A stretch of DNA of 37,736 nt from an uncultured Leptospirales bacterium (GTDB taxonomy: Bacteria > Spirochaetota > UBA4802 > JAFGJZ01): positions 1 to 37,736 of the forward strand of contig CAZAHA010000003.1 in NCBI GenBank assembly GCA_964484915.1. The letters are read 5' to 3'. Below the pieces are notes generated by a model. The model was given only the letters and a program-made list of their open reading frames with translations. It searched no databases and was not told the DNA's origin. The position numbers and the translations under genes are program-made. The number at the start of each line of letters is the position of its first letter. Position 1 is the stretch's first letter. Positions 9,188 through 17,323 of this stretch are shown one piece after another.

Positions 9188-9559
9188 GTGACCATGGGTG
9201 AATACGACCGTGACACTCGTGCTGACGGCATCATGGCGGAGGAGATGGCGGCCGATTTCCTTCAGGAACACGGTTTCTCCATACTAAACAGAAACTACCG
9301 CTATTCACGGTGCGGAGAAATCGACATTATCGCATCCAGAGGCGAGCTGCTGCTCTTTGTGGAAGTACGGTACAAACGGCGCCGCCAGCGCATCTCGGCG
9401 GCTGAATCCGTCACCAGGCGGAAACTCGCACGGCTCAAGAAAACGGCATCGGACTACCTCAGAAACCACCCGGAACACTCACCGAAGGAGACCTGCAGAT
9501 TCGACCTGATTACGGTGGAGGAGGGTGCCATCGAATGGATCCAGGATATCATCCGCTGA
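9188..9559 (+). CDS. YraN family endonuclease-like protein (UPF0102)
   Basis: 'GEIDIIASRGELLLFVEVRYKR' matches the YraN core. The start is GTG 9188 or ATG 9194. Confidence 0.8.
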   Translation: MTMGEYDRDTRADGIMAEEMAADFLQEHGFSILNRNYRYSRCGEIDIIASRGELLLFVEVRYKRRRQRISAAESVTRRKLARLKKTASDYLRNHPEHSPKETCRFDLITVEEGAIEWIQDIIR

Positions 9560-9763
9560 AACATGCGTGATTCCTCCGCTTGACGATCCCGTTCATTCCA
9601 CCATCTTTCCGGTAGACTGTCTGTACACCCGCTTTGTGGAGGCTGATTTTACCGTATACTCACCGAACTTTGCTTAAGTGGCAGGCTGAATATCCCGAAA
9701 TTAATAGCAGGTATGATCTGCCTGTTCACGGAGGAACAGGATGCCTGAAAAAGGAGTTTCGTC

Positions 9764-9931
9764 ATGAAGAATCTCATGCACAAGGAGGGACGTGAGATTG
9801 AGACGGATGCAGTAGCTGCGCAGAGTGCTTTTTCTGCTGAAAAGTACAAGAGGCTCATATCCGACGATAACTATATCGATTATGCAATCTCAAAAATAGC
9901 CACTGATTTGTCTCACTACCTCACTAAGTGA
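9764..9931 (+). CDS. Small 55-aa ORF below the track cutoff; possible FlgM-like anti-sigma-28 factor
   Basis: The ATG at 9764 is preceded by AAGGAG (9751-9756). The product is MKNLMHKEGREIETDAVAAQSAFSAEKYKRLISDDNYIDYAISKIATDLSHYLTK, ending at TGA 9929-9931. The C-terminal 'I..D.Y.ID...KIA..L' resembles the FlgM C-terminal helix pattern. A hairpin follows. Confidence 0.45.
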   Translation: MKNLMHKEGREIETDAVAAQSAFSAEKYKRLISDDNYIDYAISKIATDLSHYLTK

Positions 9932-9952
9932 TGGCGTGTCCTTGCACTGATA

Positions 9953-9982
9953 GCCGGTCCCACGGGGCCGGCGACTCCTTTT
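9953..9982 (+). terminator. GC-rich hairpin downstream of the small ORF
   Basis: GCCGGTCC-CACG-GGGCCGGC (9953-9972) is followed, after a 6-nt spacer, by TTTT (9979-9982). The U-tract is imperfect. Confidence 0.35.
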
Positions 9983-10135
9983 GAACAGTCGCTTTCGCAC
10001 CCGCCCGGCTGTATAATAGCCGGAATCCATGATTATTGTTGAAAAATATTCCTTGTCTGTCATGAGTGTACGTACGGTCTTTTTCCCGGACCGCTTCATA
10101 ATCATGGACCGACACGTCCGTTGCCTGGAGGATAG

Positions 10136-12847
10136 ATGCCCGGAGTTACTCGGCGGACATTTCTAAAAATGGTGTGTGCGATTGGTGCGGCCGTCGCAAC
10201 CGGCGCAATTTCCGTTTACCACCATGTTTCCCGGCAGGCCCGTAGAAAGAAGGACGCGTCTGTCATTCACGGAGCATGTACCTGGTGCGGTATGCACTGC
10301 GCGCTGGACGTGTATCACAGGAACGGCATGGTCATCACCGTAGAAGGTGCCGGAAAAAGCCCGGTCAACAGGGGCATGCTCTGTCCAAAGGGTATGGAAG
10401 CCGGCAGGGACCTGTTTGGTCGGCTTTCCTCTTCTCCTGTAATCTACAGCGGCGTGACGGCGAGTGTTGTATCGCATGACGAGGCATCAAGCCGCGCCGC
10501 AGAACTCATTAAGGGTGAACGTGACCGGTCATTCGTTACCGTACGCTCCGGAATCATGTATAACCGTCTGGAAACGGTGGCCTCGGTGTGCGGAAACCAG
10601 GTTGCCAATGAGGACGCCTATCTTCTGAACAAGATGAGCCGCCTGTGCGGCATGACCGACGTAGGGACCCAGAACCTTCTGCAGACGAACGACTCCGAAC
10701 GGGCGCTTACGGCAACGTTCGGTATTTCCGCGCAGTGCGCACCCTGGCACGATATACGAAATTCCGACTGCGTACTGATTATCGGCTCAAATCCTGTACG
10801 TACCACTCCCGTCGTAATGGCACATATCACAAAGGCGCGCGAAGCAGGGGCGTCGATCATTACCGTCTCGCCCGATTTAAATGAAACATCGGTCTTGTCT
10901 GATCTCCACATCACCATACGGCCCGGAACAGACATCTATTTCATACTGGGACTCATACGTTATTCGCTTATTAACGAAAAGTACAATACCGGATACATCG
11001 TACAAAACACAGACGCTCCCTTTCTCGTCAACGAGGACTTCCTCGCGCAGAGTGACGGTATGCACTTTCCGGGTTACGACAGGAACCGTGGCGCGTACAC
11101 AGACATGACAAGCTGGTCCTACGTAATCGACGAGCGGGGAAACCCCAGAACAGACAACAACCTGAACAGGAAAAACTGCGTCTTTCAGATTCTGAAGGAA
11201 CGGTATGCCCGTTTTACACCCACAACCGTTGTTGCCGAAACCGGCTGTGACGCAGAATCGTTTCTGCGCGCTGCGGATATATTTTTCGGGACCGCGGACG
11301 CCAACAGATCAGCATCGATACTCTACGGCGGCGGATTTACCGCCAGCGCGGGAATACAGGGTGTTCGGGCACTGTCCATGCTGCAGCTTCTGGCAGGAAA
11401 CATCGGTATACCCGGCGGGGGCATATACGGCATGAACAGGCGGGGCAACGCACAGGGCGTCTCGGACCAGATCGGTGAATGGAACATGCTGCCGGGCTAT
11501 CTTCCCCTGCCAAACGCAGACGCGAATGAGGACTATGCGTCATATATCAAAAGCAACAGCAGGAAAAGCAACGACAGCAAAAGCAGAAACCTCTGGAACA
11601 GTTTTCAGGGATATTGCGATTCGCTTCTCGCGTCGTGGTTTACCGGTCAGCCGGAATCATCGGTCAATCTCCTTCCAAGAAGAGATGATTCGTTTACAGC
11701 GGTTTCCTTTCTGGAAAAATGCTACAGTCCGGGAGGGTACCGCGGACTCCTTCTGCTCGATGCCGATCTTTTGGACACCGGATACAATTCTCAGGCCATG
11801 AAATCGGCACTTGCGGGTTTGGACTGGGTCATACTGCTGCGTTCGGCACCGAACAGGACCGCCCGGCATCTTCGATCCGCAGCAAGAGACGCGGGAGTCG
11901 AGTTTATCGACATACCAGTCACTATACATCCTCTGACAGGCACAAGCACGACATCGTCGGACAGGCTCATTTCCGGCAACCTTGACACCGATCCGGACAC
12001 ATCCGCGAATAATGTATTTTCCGTACTCAACAGAATATACACAAGCATCGCCTCGGATTATACTCAGTCCGGAGGCGTGTTCACGGATCCGTTTACACGC
12101 GCCCGGTGGGAGCATGAGTCGTACAGGGATATCAGGCGTGAAATAGAGGGTTATACCGAAAACCCGAAAGACATCGGGTTCGCGTTTCAGGAGCTTCTGC
12201 CTGGAGGCAAGACCCCGTGCGGAAACTGGCTGTATTACGGGATCTATACCACGGTGCAGAACAGGGGGAACACTCCGGGGACGGGGAACGGCTCCTCCGT
12301 ATATCCCGGCTATAGTGTCAGCTGGCCTTCCAACAGTCGTGTACTTTTCAACCGGACCATGCCGCAATCGGAAAAGATGGCTGCGATTGCCGATGACGTC
12401 TCGCTGTCTTACGATACCGGAGATGCCCGCCCGTTCTATTTCTCCTCGGAGGGAGCGGCACGGTTTTTTGCGCGAATACCAGAAGGGCCGATTCCAATGC
12501 CGCGGACTGTTACAGATAACAACAGTGCTTCCTATTATGTGTACGGCCGTGACAGCGGTGAGGTCCGTTTTTCCGCAGAGTCGCGCCTGTATGACGAGAT
12601 ATATGCCGGAGAGTGTGTCCGTATGCATACCGACAATGCCAGGCAAAGCGGTATGCGCTCAGGCGAAACTGTTACGGTTGCCGGCGTATTCGGCAGCGTA
12701 ACACTGCCCCTCGTCGCAGTGAACAGGAGTGATTTGAAAGGAGGTCTGCTTGAGATAAGCGGCATGGGAATGAACGCCATACTGAAACCGGCAGACAGAC
12801 TGCACGATACCGGGCTGTACCGGGTAACCGTTTCGAGGAGCGAGTAA
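10136..12847 (+). CDS. TAT-exported molybdopterin-oxidoreductase-family alpha subunit, FdnG (formate dehydrogenase-N)-like but with a divergent active site
   Basis: 903 aa. It has the twin-arginine motif 'TRRTFLK' and an N-terminal FeS motif C48-x2-C51-x3-C55...C83 ('VNRGMLCPKG'). Collinear FdnG-like blocks include 'IRPGTDIYF', 'LQLLAGNIGIPGGG' and 'WPSNSRVLFNR'. GGAGGA lies at 10127-10132. Confidence 0.8.
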   Translation: MPGVTRRTFLKMVCAIGAAVATGAISVYHHVSRQARRKKDASVIHGACTWCGMHCALDVYHRNGMVITVEGAGKSPVNRGMLCPKGMEAGRDLFGRLSSSPVIYSGVTASVVSHDEASSRAAELIKGERDRSFVTVRSGIMYNRLETVASVCGNQVANEDAYLLNKMSRLCGMTDVGTQNLLQTNDSERALTATFGISAQCAPWHDIRNSDCVLIIGSNPVRTTPVVMAHITKAREAGASIITVSPDLNETSVLSDLHITIRPGTDIYFILGLIRYSLINEKYNTGYIVQNTDAPFLVNEDFLAQSDGMHFPGYDRNRGAYTDMTSWSYVIDERGNPRTDNNLNRKNCVFQILKERYARFTPTTVVAETGCDAESFLRAADIFFGTADANRSASILYGGGFTASAGIQGVRALSMLQLLAGNIGIPGGGIYGMNRRGNAQGVSDQIGEWNMLPGYLPLPNADANEDYASYIKSNSRKSNDSKSRNLWNSFQGYCDSLLASWFTGQPESSVNLLPRRDDSFTAVSFLEKCYSPGGYRGLLLLDADLLDTGYNSQAMKSALAGLDWVILLRSAPNRTARHLRSAARDAGVEFIDIPVTIHPLTGTSTTSSDRLISGNLDTDPDTSANNVFSVLNRIYTSIASDYTQSGGVFTDPFTRARWEHESYRDIRREIEGYTENPKDIGFAFQELLPGGKTPCGNWLYYGIYTTVQNRGNTPGTGNGSSVYPGYSVSWPSNSRVLFNRTMPQSEKMAAIADDVSLSYDTGDARPFYFSSEGAARFFARIPEGPIPMPRTVTDNNSASYYVYGRDSGEVRFSAESRLYDEIYAGECVRMHTDNARQSGMRSGETVTVAGVFGSVTLPLVAVNRSDLKGGLLEISGMGMNAILKPADRLHDTGLYRVTVSRSE

Positions 12848-13615
12848 ATGGCCGGCGAAAAATCAATACTCATAGACCCGACACGCTGCGTCGGATGCCA
12901 TGCGTGCTATACGGCATGTAAAAACTGGAACGGCCTGCCGGACAAGAAGCCGCAGACGACCGGAATGGATACGGTAGCCTCCATCAGGCCGGAAAACTGG
13001 AATTACGTTCAGCACGCAACCGCCGGAGACAGGCGCGTCTATTTTCCGATGATGTGTCTGCACTGTACGGATGCTCCGTGCGTCATGGCGTGTCCGGAGA
13101 ACGCTATCGTCGATGTAAACGGCTGGAAGGTGGTGAAACGGGAATACTGTATCGGATGCGGAAGCTGCGTGGATGCATGTCCGTATCACGCGGTACAACT
13201 CTACGAAGGTCCCAACAGGGGCAGTCTTCAAAATAAGAAGGCATATAAATGTGACGGCTGTACGGAGAATTTTTCCGATGTACCGCGGTGTGTACGCAAC
13301 TGTCCCACCGGCGCACTTACGTTTGATTACCGTTTGCGGATTCTGTCGCTGGCAGCACGGATCCAGGAGCGGGTTAGAAAGGCGTTCACGGGGGCCAGGG
13401 TATACGGTCCTGACGTTCATCGAGGCACCAATGTGCTTCTCATCCTGCTTTCTGGAGATCACAAGGGGCTCATTACAGACGCACGGCAGGGGAAGCGGCG
13501 GACTGAGCAGATCCTGTACAGGCTTGTTTCGTCGTTTACGGGAAGAAGGCGGATCTTCAGCAAATACCTGTTCGACGCCATCTCGCTGGTAACGACAGGC
13601 AAACGAAAAAGCTGA
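12848..13615 (+). CDS. 4x[4Fe-4S] ferredoxin-type electron-transfer subunit (FdnH/DmsB-like)
   Basis: Four Cys clusters are present: 'CVGCHACYTAC', 'CLHCTDAPCVMACP', 'CIGCGSCVDACP' and 'CDGC...CVRNCP'. The start abuts the alpha-subunit stop. Confidence 0.85.
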   Translation: MAGEKSILIDPTRCVGCHACYTACKNWNGLPDKKPQTTGMDTVASIRPENWNYVQHATAGDRRVYFPMMCLHCTDAPCVMACPENAIVDVNGWKVVKREYCIGCGSCVDACPYHAVQLYEGPNRGSLQNKKAYKCDGCTENFSDVPRCVRNCPTGALTFDYRLRILSLAARIQERVRKAFTGARVYGPDVHRGTNVLLILLSGDHKGLITDARQGKRRTEQILYRLVSSFTGRRRIFSKYLFDAISLVTTGKRKS

Positions 13616-13776
13616 GCAGTACTGCGGTTGTATGTAGCCGATCGTACTCGTGTACTGTTGCATATACACCAGTAATATTTCAACCGGGCGGGAAATGAAC
13701 TTCACTTGACAAATAGTCACTATTTCCGCCATTAGATAGACGCATGGAATGAATACATTTACTATGGAGAGAGCAC

Positions 13777-14226
13777 ATGAAAAAAATATATTCTGCCGCA
13801 ATCGTTTTGGTGATTCTGTCAGGTACCGGTTGTGCATCGCTGTCGGGCCTTTTAAAGCAGAAGGTCACTGTTGGAGAAGCGATCAGCTACAAGGTCGCGA
13901 TCGACAACGCGGCTAATCCTGCCAGGAAACATGTCCTGCTTGAGAGTCTCAGGGACAAGCGGATTTCCATACCGTCTGCCACGGTCAAGCGGGTCGATGC
14001 ATCGTCAAATATCGATTATGACTTCGAGGTCGTACTCGAGATGTCGACCAGCAAGGGCATGGTGGAATGTTATGTGTACAGTCACGACGTAAAGAAACTC
14101 GCCGACCTGAAAGCGGGAACAACGCGAATCAGCGTTGAGGGAGACTTTTCCCGTTTCTTTACGATGCTTGATGAATACTATACGAAGATTGAAATCGTTA
14201 ACTCTTCAATACAGCTTGTGAACTGA
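13777..14226 (+). CDS. Lipoprotein, possibly an OB-fold (tRNA_anti-like family) protein
   Basis: It has a signal peptide plus lipobox 'LSGTGC'. The pattern 'VKRVD...FEVVLEM...VECYVYSHDVKKLADLKAGTTRISVEG' resembles OB-fold lipoproteins. The function is unknown. Confidence 0.6.
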   Translation: MKKIYSAAIVLVILSGTGCASLSGLLKQKVTVGEAISYKVAIDNAANPARKHVLLESLRDKRISIPSATVKRVDASSNIDYDFEVVLEMSTSKGMVECYVYSHDVKKLADLKAGTTRISVEGDFSRFFTMLDEYYTKIEIVNSSIQLVN

Positions 14227-14238
14227 TAATCAATCATG

Positions 14239-14261
14239 CGGGTGCGGATTCCGTACCCGTT
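14239..14261 (+). terminator. Strong hairpin directly after the lipoprotein gene
   Basis: CGGGTGCGG-ATT-CCGTACCCG forms a 9-bp stem with one G-U pair. Only TT follows, so it is not a canonical intrinsic terminator. Confidence 0.35.
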
Positions 14262-14458
14262 CAGCCACCTGGTTTCGGACTGTAATCGGTTCTGCTTCCG
14301 CACCGCTGTTCGCAAGTCGTCCTTCCTCCAATCGTGCACAGTCATGCGGGTTCCTGCTTTGGAGCCTGTCCTGTTTGGCCGTTTAATAGTTGTAATTCAA
14401 GTTTTGTTGTGATATTTATAGTTCAACAATATACTCATTCCTGCGGATTATAATCTGT

Positions 14459-17203
14459 ATGAAACGGAGCAATAGCAAAACAAACGGTTTTCTGCCGAAT
14501 CTTCTCATGGTCTTCAACACCGGAAACAGGCTTTGCCGCCTGATTATCGCATTATGTATTGCGGTGCCGGTTGTGCTGCCGATCCGTGTACTGGACGCGC
14601 AGGAGAATGATACGCTCGTTATCAAGGGTGACCATGCATATCCGCCGTTTGAATACATTAATGATGCCGGAGAATCTGACGGCTTCAATGTGGAAATAAC
14701 AAGAGCTGTTGCCCGTATAATGAATCTTGACGTGACGATTCAGCTTGATACATGGCAAACCGTCCGCAGCCAGCTTGAAAACGGACAGATCGACGCACTG
14801 ATGGGCATGTACAATACCGCGCAACGGGACCGCCATGTCGATTTCAGTATTCCTCACTTCATCACATCCTACGCGATCTTTGTCCGGAAAGACTCCGATA
14901 TTTTGTCTATAGATGATATCCGCGGATTGGAAATTCTTGTGCAGGAGGGTGACCTGGGGCATGATTATGTCCTCGACAAAGGTCTTTCTGATAGCGTCAT
15001 TGTAAGCACCGATCCGTCAGAGATCCTGCGGGCGTTATCACGGGGGGAAGGAGACTGTGTCATTCTATCGCGGCTTCAGGGTGCAATGCTCCTGAAACAG
15101 GAGAATATCCGTAACATCAAGATGGTGGGTCCGCCCTTTCTTCAGCGGAAATACTGTATGGCGGTAACCGAAGGCAATGCCGAACTGCTTGCAAAGCTGA
15201 ATGAAGGACTCAACATCCTCATAACATCGGGCGAGTATGAACAGATTTACAATAAATGGTTTGGAATATATGACCTGACAGGAACCAGGACCGAGGATTT
15301 GATACGCTTTTCAGTCTTTGTCGCCGTTCCCCTTCTGTTTGTCATTCTTCTTGTTATCCTGTGGAACTGGTCTCTCAAGAAGCAGGTTGAAGCGCGGATC
15401 TTTGAACTGGCTCAGAGCAGGGAAAATCTGAAGATCACCCTCAACTCGATCGGCGATGCTGTCCTGTCGGTGGACCTGGACGGAATGGTCACGCGCATGA
15501 ACCCGATTGCAGAACGGCTTACCGGCTGGAAAATCGATGAGGCGCGGGGACGGAAAATTAACGATGTCTTTAACATAATCAACTCCAAGACGGGCGGGAA
15601 GGTCCAGAACCCGGTAGAAAAGGTATTGCGTGACGGCGTACAGGTCGGCCTTGGCAACCATACGGTACTCATCTCAAGGGACGGAAACCGGTACCAGATC
15701 GCAGATTCGGCCGCGCCGATACGAGACGCAGGAGGCAGATTATTCGGTGTCGTACTCGTATTCAGGGACGTTTCGGAGGATTACCGCCGTGAACAGCTGC
15801 TTTATCAGAGCAAGAAGATGATTGAGGCGCGAGAGAAGCAGTACAGGGTGATATTCGATTCCGCGAACGATTCGATCTTCACGATTGACGGCTACCGTAT
15901 TTCAGACTGCAACAGGCATGCCGAAGAGCTGTTCGACATGCCCCGTAACGAGCTTGTCGGAGCATCCCCCGCCGAGTTGTCGCCACCGACACAGCCGGAC
16001 GGTACCGATTCTGTAACAGCCGCGCGCGAGAGAATCGACGCCGCCATGGCGGGAGAACCCCAGTTCTTTGAATGGGTGTACCGGGATTCCGGCGGCAGAG
16101 ATTTTTATGTGGATGTCAGTCTCAACAGATACGAATTGTCAGGACGGCTGTATCTGATGACGATTATCCGGGACATTTCCGGGCGCAAGCGGCTGGAGAC
16201 AAACCTCTACAATTCTCTCGCGGAAAAGGATATCCTCCTCAGGGAGGTGCACCACCGGGTCAAGAACAACATGCAACTTATCATCTCGCTGTTGGATTTG
16301 CAGATGAGCAAGGGAGATGAGAAGTTGAAAGCGACGATTCGCGACATCATGGGCCGTATCCGCGTATTTTCCGATATTCATAACAGCCTCTATAATTACG
16401 AGGAACTGTCGCATATCGATTTCAGGAGACACATAACGAACAACTTCAATAATATAATTGCCGCAAACGGGAAGGATCCCGCCCGCTTCAGCCTCCGTAT
16501 GGATATCCCGTCGCCGTACTTTCCGCTGGACACGGCAGTACCCTGCGCCCTCCTGATAAACGAACTAATGACAAACTCGTTCAAGCATGCTTTCAGCGAC
16601 ACGGGAGATGTGTATGTGGCCGTTTCGCGGAACAGTGATGGCCCTATAGCAATGCTGGAATACTGGGACAGCGGATCACGTCCGGAAAAGTATGGCGAGG
16701 GATTTGGTACAACCATCATCAAGGGAATGGCGACACAGCTTGGACTCTCCTATGTTCCTCCATCGGGCGGCGACAAGACTTTCTCATTCATACGACAGCA
16801 AATAAATCAGGCGGACCACGGTACCGGATACATTCTGTGTATCGAAGCCGATGTGTCTGAAGCCCTCAGACACCGTTCGGAGCTGCAATCGGCTGGTTTC
16901 TCCGTTGACGAGAACATACTCACGACAGGAGAGGATGCATTTGCCTATGTACGGAGTAGACTGTCAACTCCGGGATGTCTTCTGGTTTCCGTATCTCTTG
17001 GAGGGAAGGCGGATGGTATACAGACTGCGAACAACATCCGCCAGCTCTATCCGGATCTGCCGATTGTGTTTCTCGCCGACGGTATGGCACCTGACATATC
17101 GTTGCGATTATACTCTCTCGAAAATGCATCACAGGTGAGAAGCGACTGTTCTGTTGATGAGCTTATTCTGGCGATCGGGAAGGCCGGGTACAAGAAAACA
17201 TGA
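14459..17203 (+). CDS. Hybrid sensor histidine kinase: periplasmic solute-binding (SBP_bac_3-like) domain, TM, two PAS domains, HisKA_2/HATPase and a C-terminal receiver-like domain
   Basis: 914 aa. 'YPPFEYINDAGESDGFNVEI' is the family-3 SBP pattern, followed by the TM helix 'FVAVPLLFVILLVILWNW' and PAS-like 'ITLNSIGDAVLSVDLDGMVTRMNPIAERLTGW'. 'EVHHRVKNNMQLIISLLDLQ' is the HisKA_2 H-box. Confidence 0.8.
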   Translation: MKRSNSKTNGFLPNLLMVFNTGNRLCRLIIALCIAVPVVLPIRVLDAQENDTLVIKGDHAYPPFEYINDAGESDGFNVEITRAVARIMNLDVTIQLDTWQTVRSQLENGQIDALMGMYNTAQRDRHVDFSIPHFITSYAIFVRKDSDILSIDDIRGLEILVQEGDLGHDYVLDKGLSDSVIVSTDPSEILRALSRGEGDCVILSRLQGAMLLKQENIRNIKMVGPPFLQRKYCMAVTEGNAELLAKLNEGLNILITSGEYEQIYNKWFGIYDLTGTRTEDLIRFSVFVAVPLLFVILLVILWNWSLKKQVEARIFELAQSRENLKITLNSIGDAVLSVDLDGMVTRMNPIAERLTGWKIDEARGRKINDVFNIINSKTGGKVQNPVEKVLRDGVQVGLGNHTVLISRDGNRYQIADSAAPIRDAGGRLFGVVLVFRDVSEDYRREQLLYQSKKMIEAREKQYRVIFDSANDSIFTIDGYRISDCNRHAEELFDMPRNELVGASPAELSPPTQPDGTDSVTAARERIDAAMAGEPQFFEWVYRDSGGRDFYVDVSLNRYELSGRLYLMTIIRDISGRKRLETNLYNSLAEKDILLREVHHRVKNNMQLIISLLDLQMSKGDEKLKATIRDIMGRIRVFSDIHNSLYNYEELSHIDFRRHITNNFNNIIAANGKDPARFSLRMDIPSPYFPLDTAVPCALLINELMTNSFKHAFSDTGDVYVAVSRNSDGPIAMLEYWDSGSRPEKYGEGFGTTIIKGMATQLGLSYVPPSGGDKTFSFIRQQINQADHGTGYILCIEADVSEALRHRSELQSAGFSVDENILTTGEDAFAYVRSRLSTPGCLLVSVSLGGKADGIQTANNIRQLYPDLPIVFLADGMAPDISLRLYSLENASQVRSDCSVDELILAIGKAGYKKT

Positions 17204-17233
17204 CCGGTTCCGGCAGCGTGATGCACGGATGGC

Positions 17234-17266
17234 ACCGCCATGTTGCCTCGAAAAAATGGCGGTTTT
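17234..17266 (+). terminator. Candidate intrinsic terminator of the sensor kinase gene
   Basis: ACCGCCAT (17234-17241) pairs with ATGGCGGT (17256-17263), with T's to 17266. It lies 30 nt after the stop. Confidence 0.45.
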
Positions 17267-17287
17267 GCGTATATACCGCAAAACCGC
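17251..17287 (-). terminator. Candidate intrinsic terminator of the minus-strand cyclase/OMP operon
   Basis: A perfect 11-bp stem GCGGTTTTGCG / CGCAAAACCGC (17259-17287) has a 7-nt loop. On the minus strand it is followed by CATTTTTT (A-run 17251-17256 on plus). It lies 37 nt past the OMP stop. Confidence 0.55.
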
Positions 17288-17323
17288 AGCAAGAACTCCA
17301 TCCATGGAGTTTTTAAACCGCTG

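Noticed and set aside
9649-10115. Minus-strand ORFs 9649-9858, 9890-10105 and 9924-10115 in the large gap.
   Set aside because: They have no SD, odd composition and mutual overlap. They also run antisense to the better-supported 55-aa plus-strand ORF and the structured leader.
11657-12646. A 329-aa ORF antisense to the FdnG-like gene. Similar long antisense ORFs occur at 12863-13837 (324 aa), 32805-33770 (321 aa, opposite prfA), 24696-25385 and 25728-26357.
   Set aside because: Each lies opposite a gene with clear family motifs (FeS Cys clusters, GGQ, the prepilin peptidase Cys-box and others). The products are Arg/Pro/Ser-rich with no recognisable motifs, which is typical of stop-poor antisense frames in moderately GC-rich coding DNA.
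10136-12847. Selenocysteine recoding (in-frame TGA plus SECIS) in the FdnG-like gene.
   Set aside because: The ORF is uninterrupted. The codon aligned to the FdnG Sec position is CAG (Gln), and no in-frame TGA exists.
14238-14414. A 58-codon plus-strand ORF in the gap upstream of the sensor kinase.
   Set aside because: It has no ribosome-binding site. The product is Arg/Cys/Phe-rich with no signal or motif, and its start lies inside a strong hairpin.
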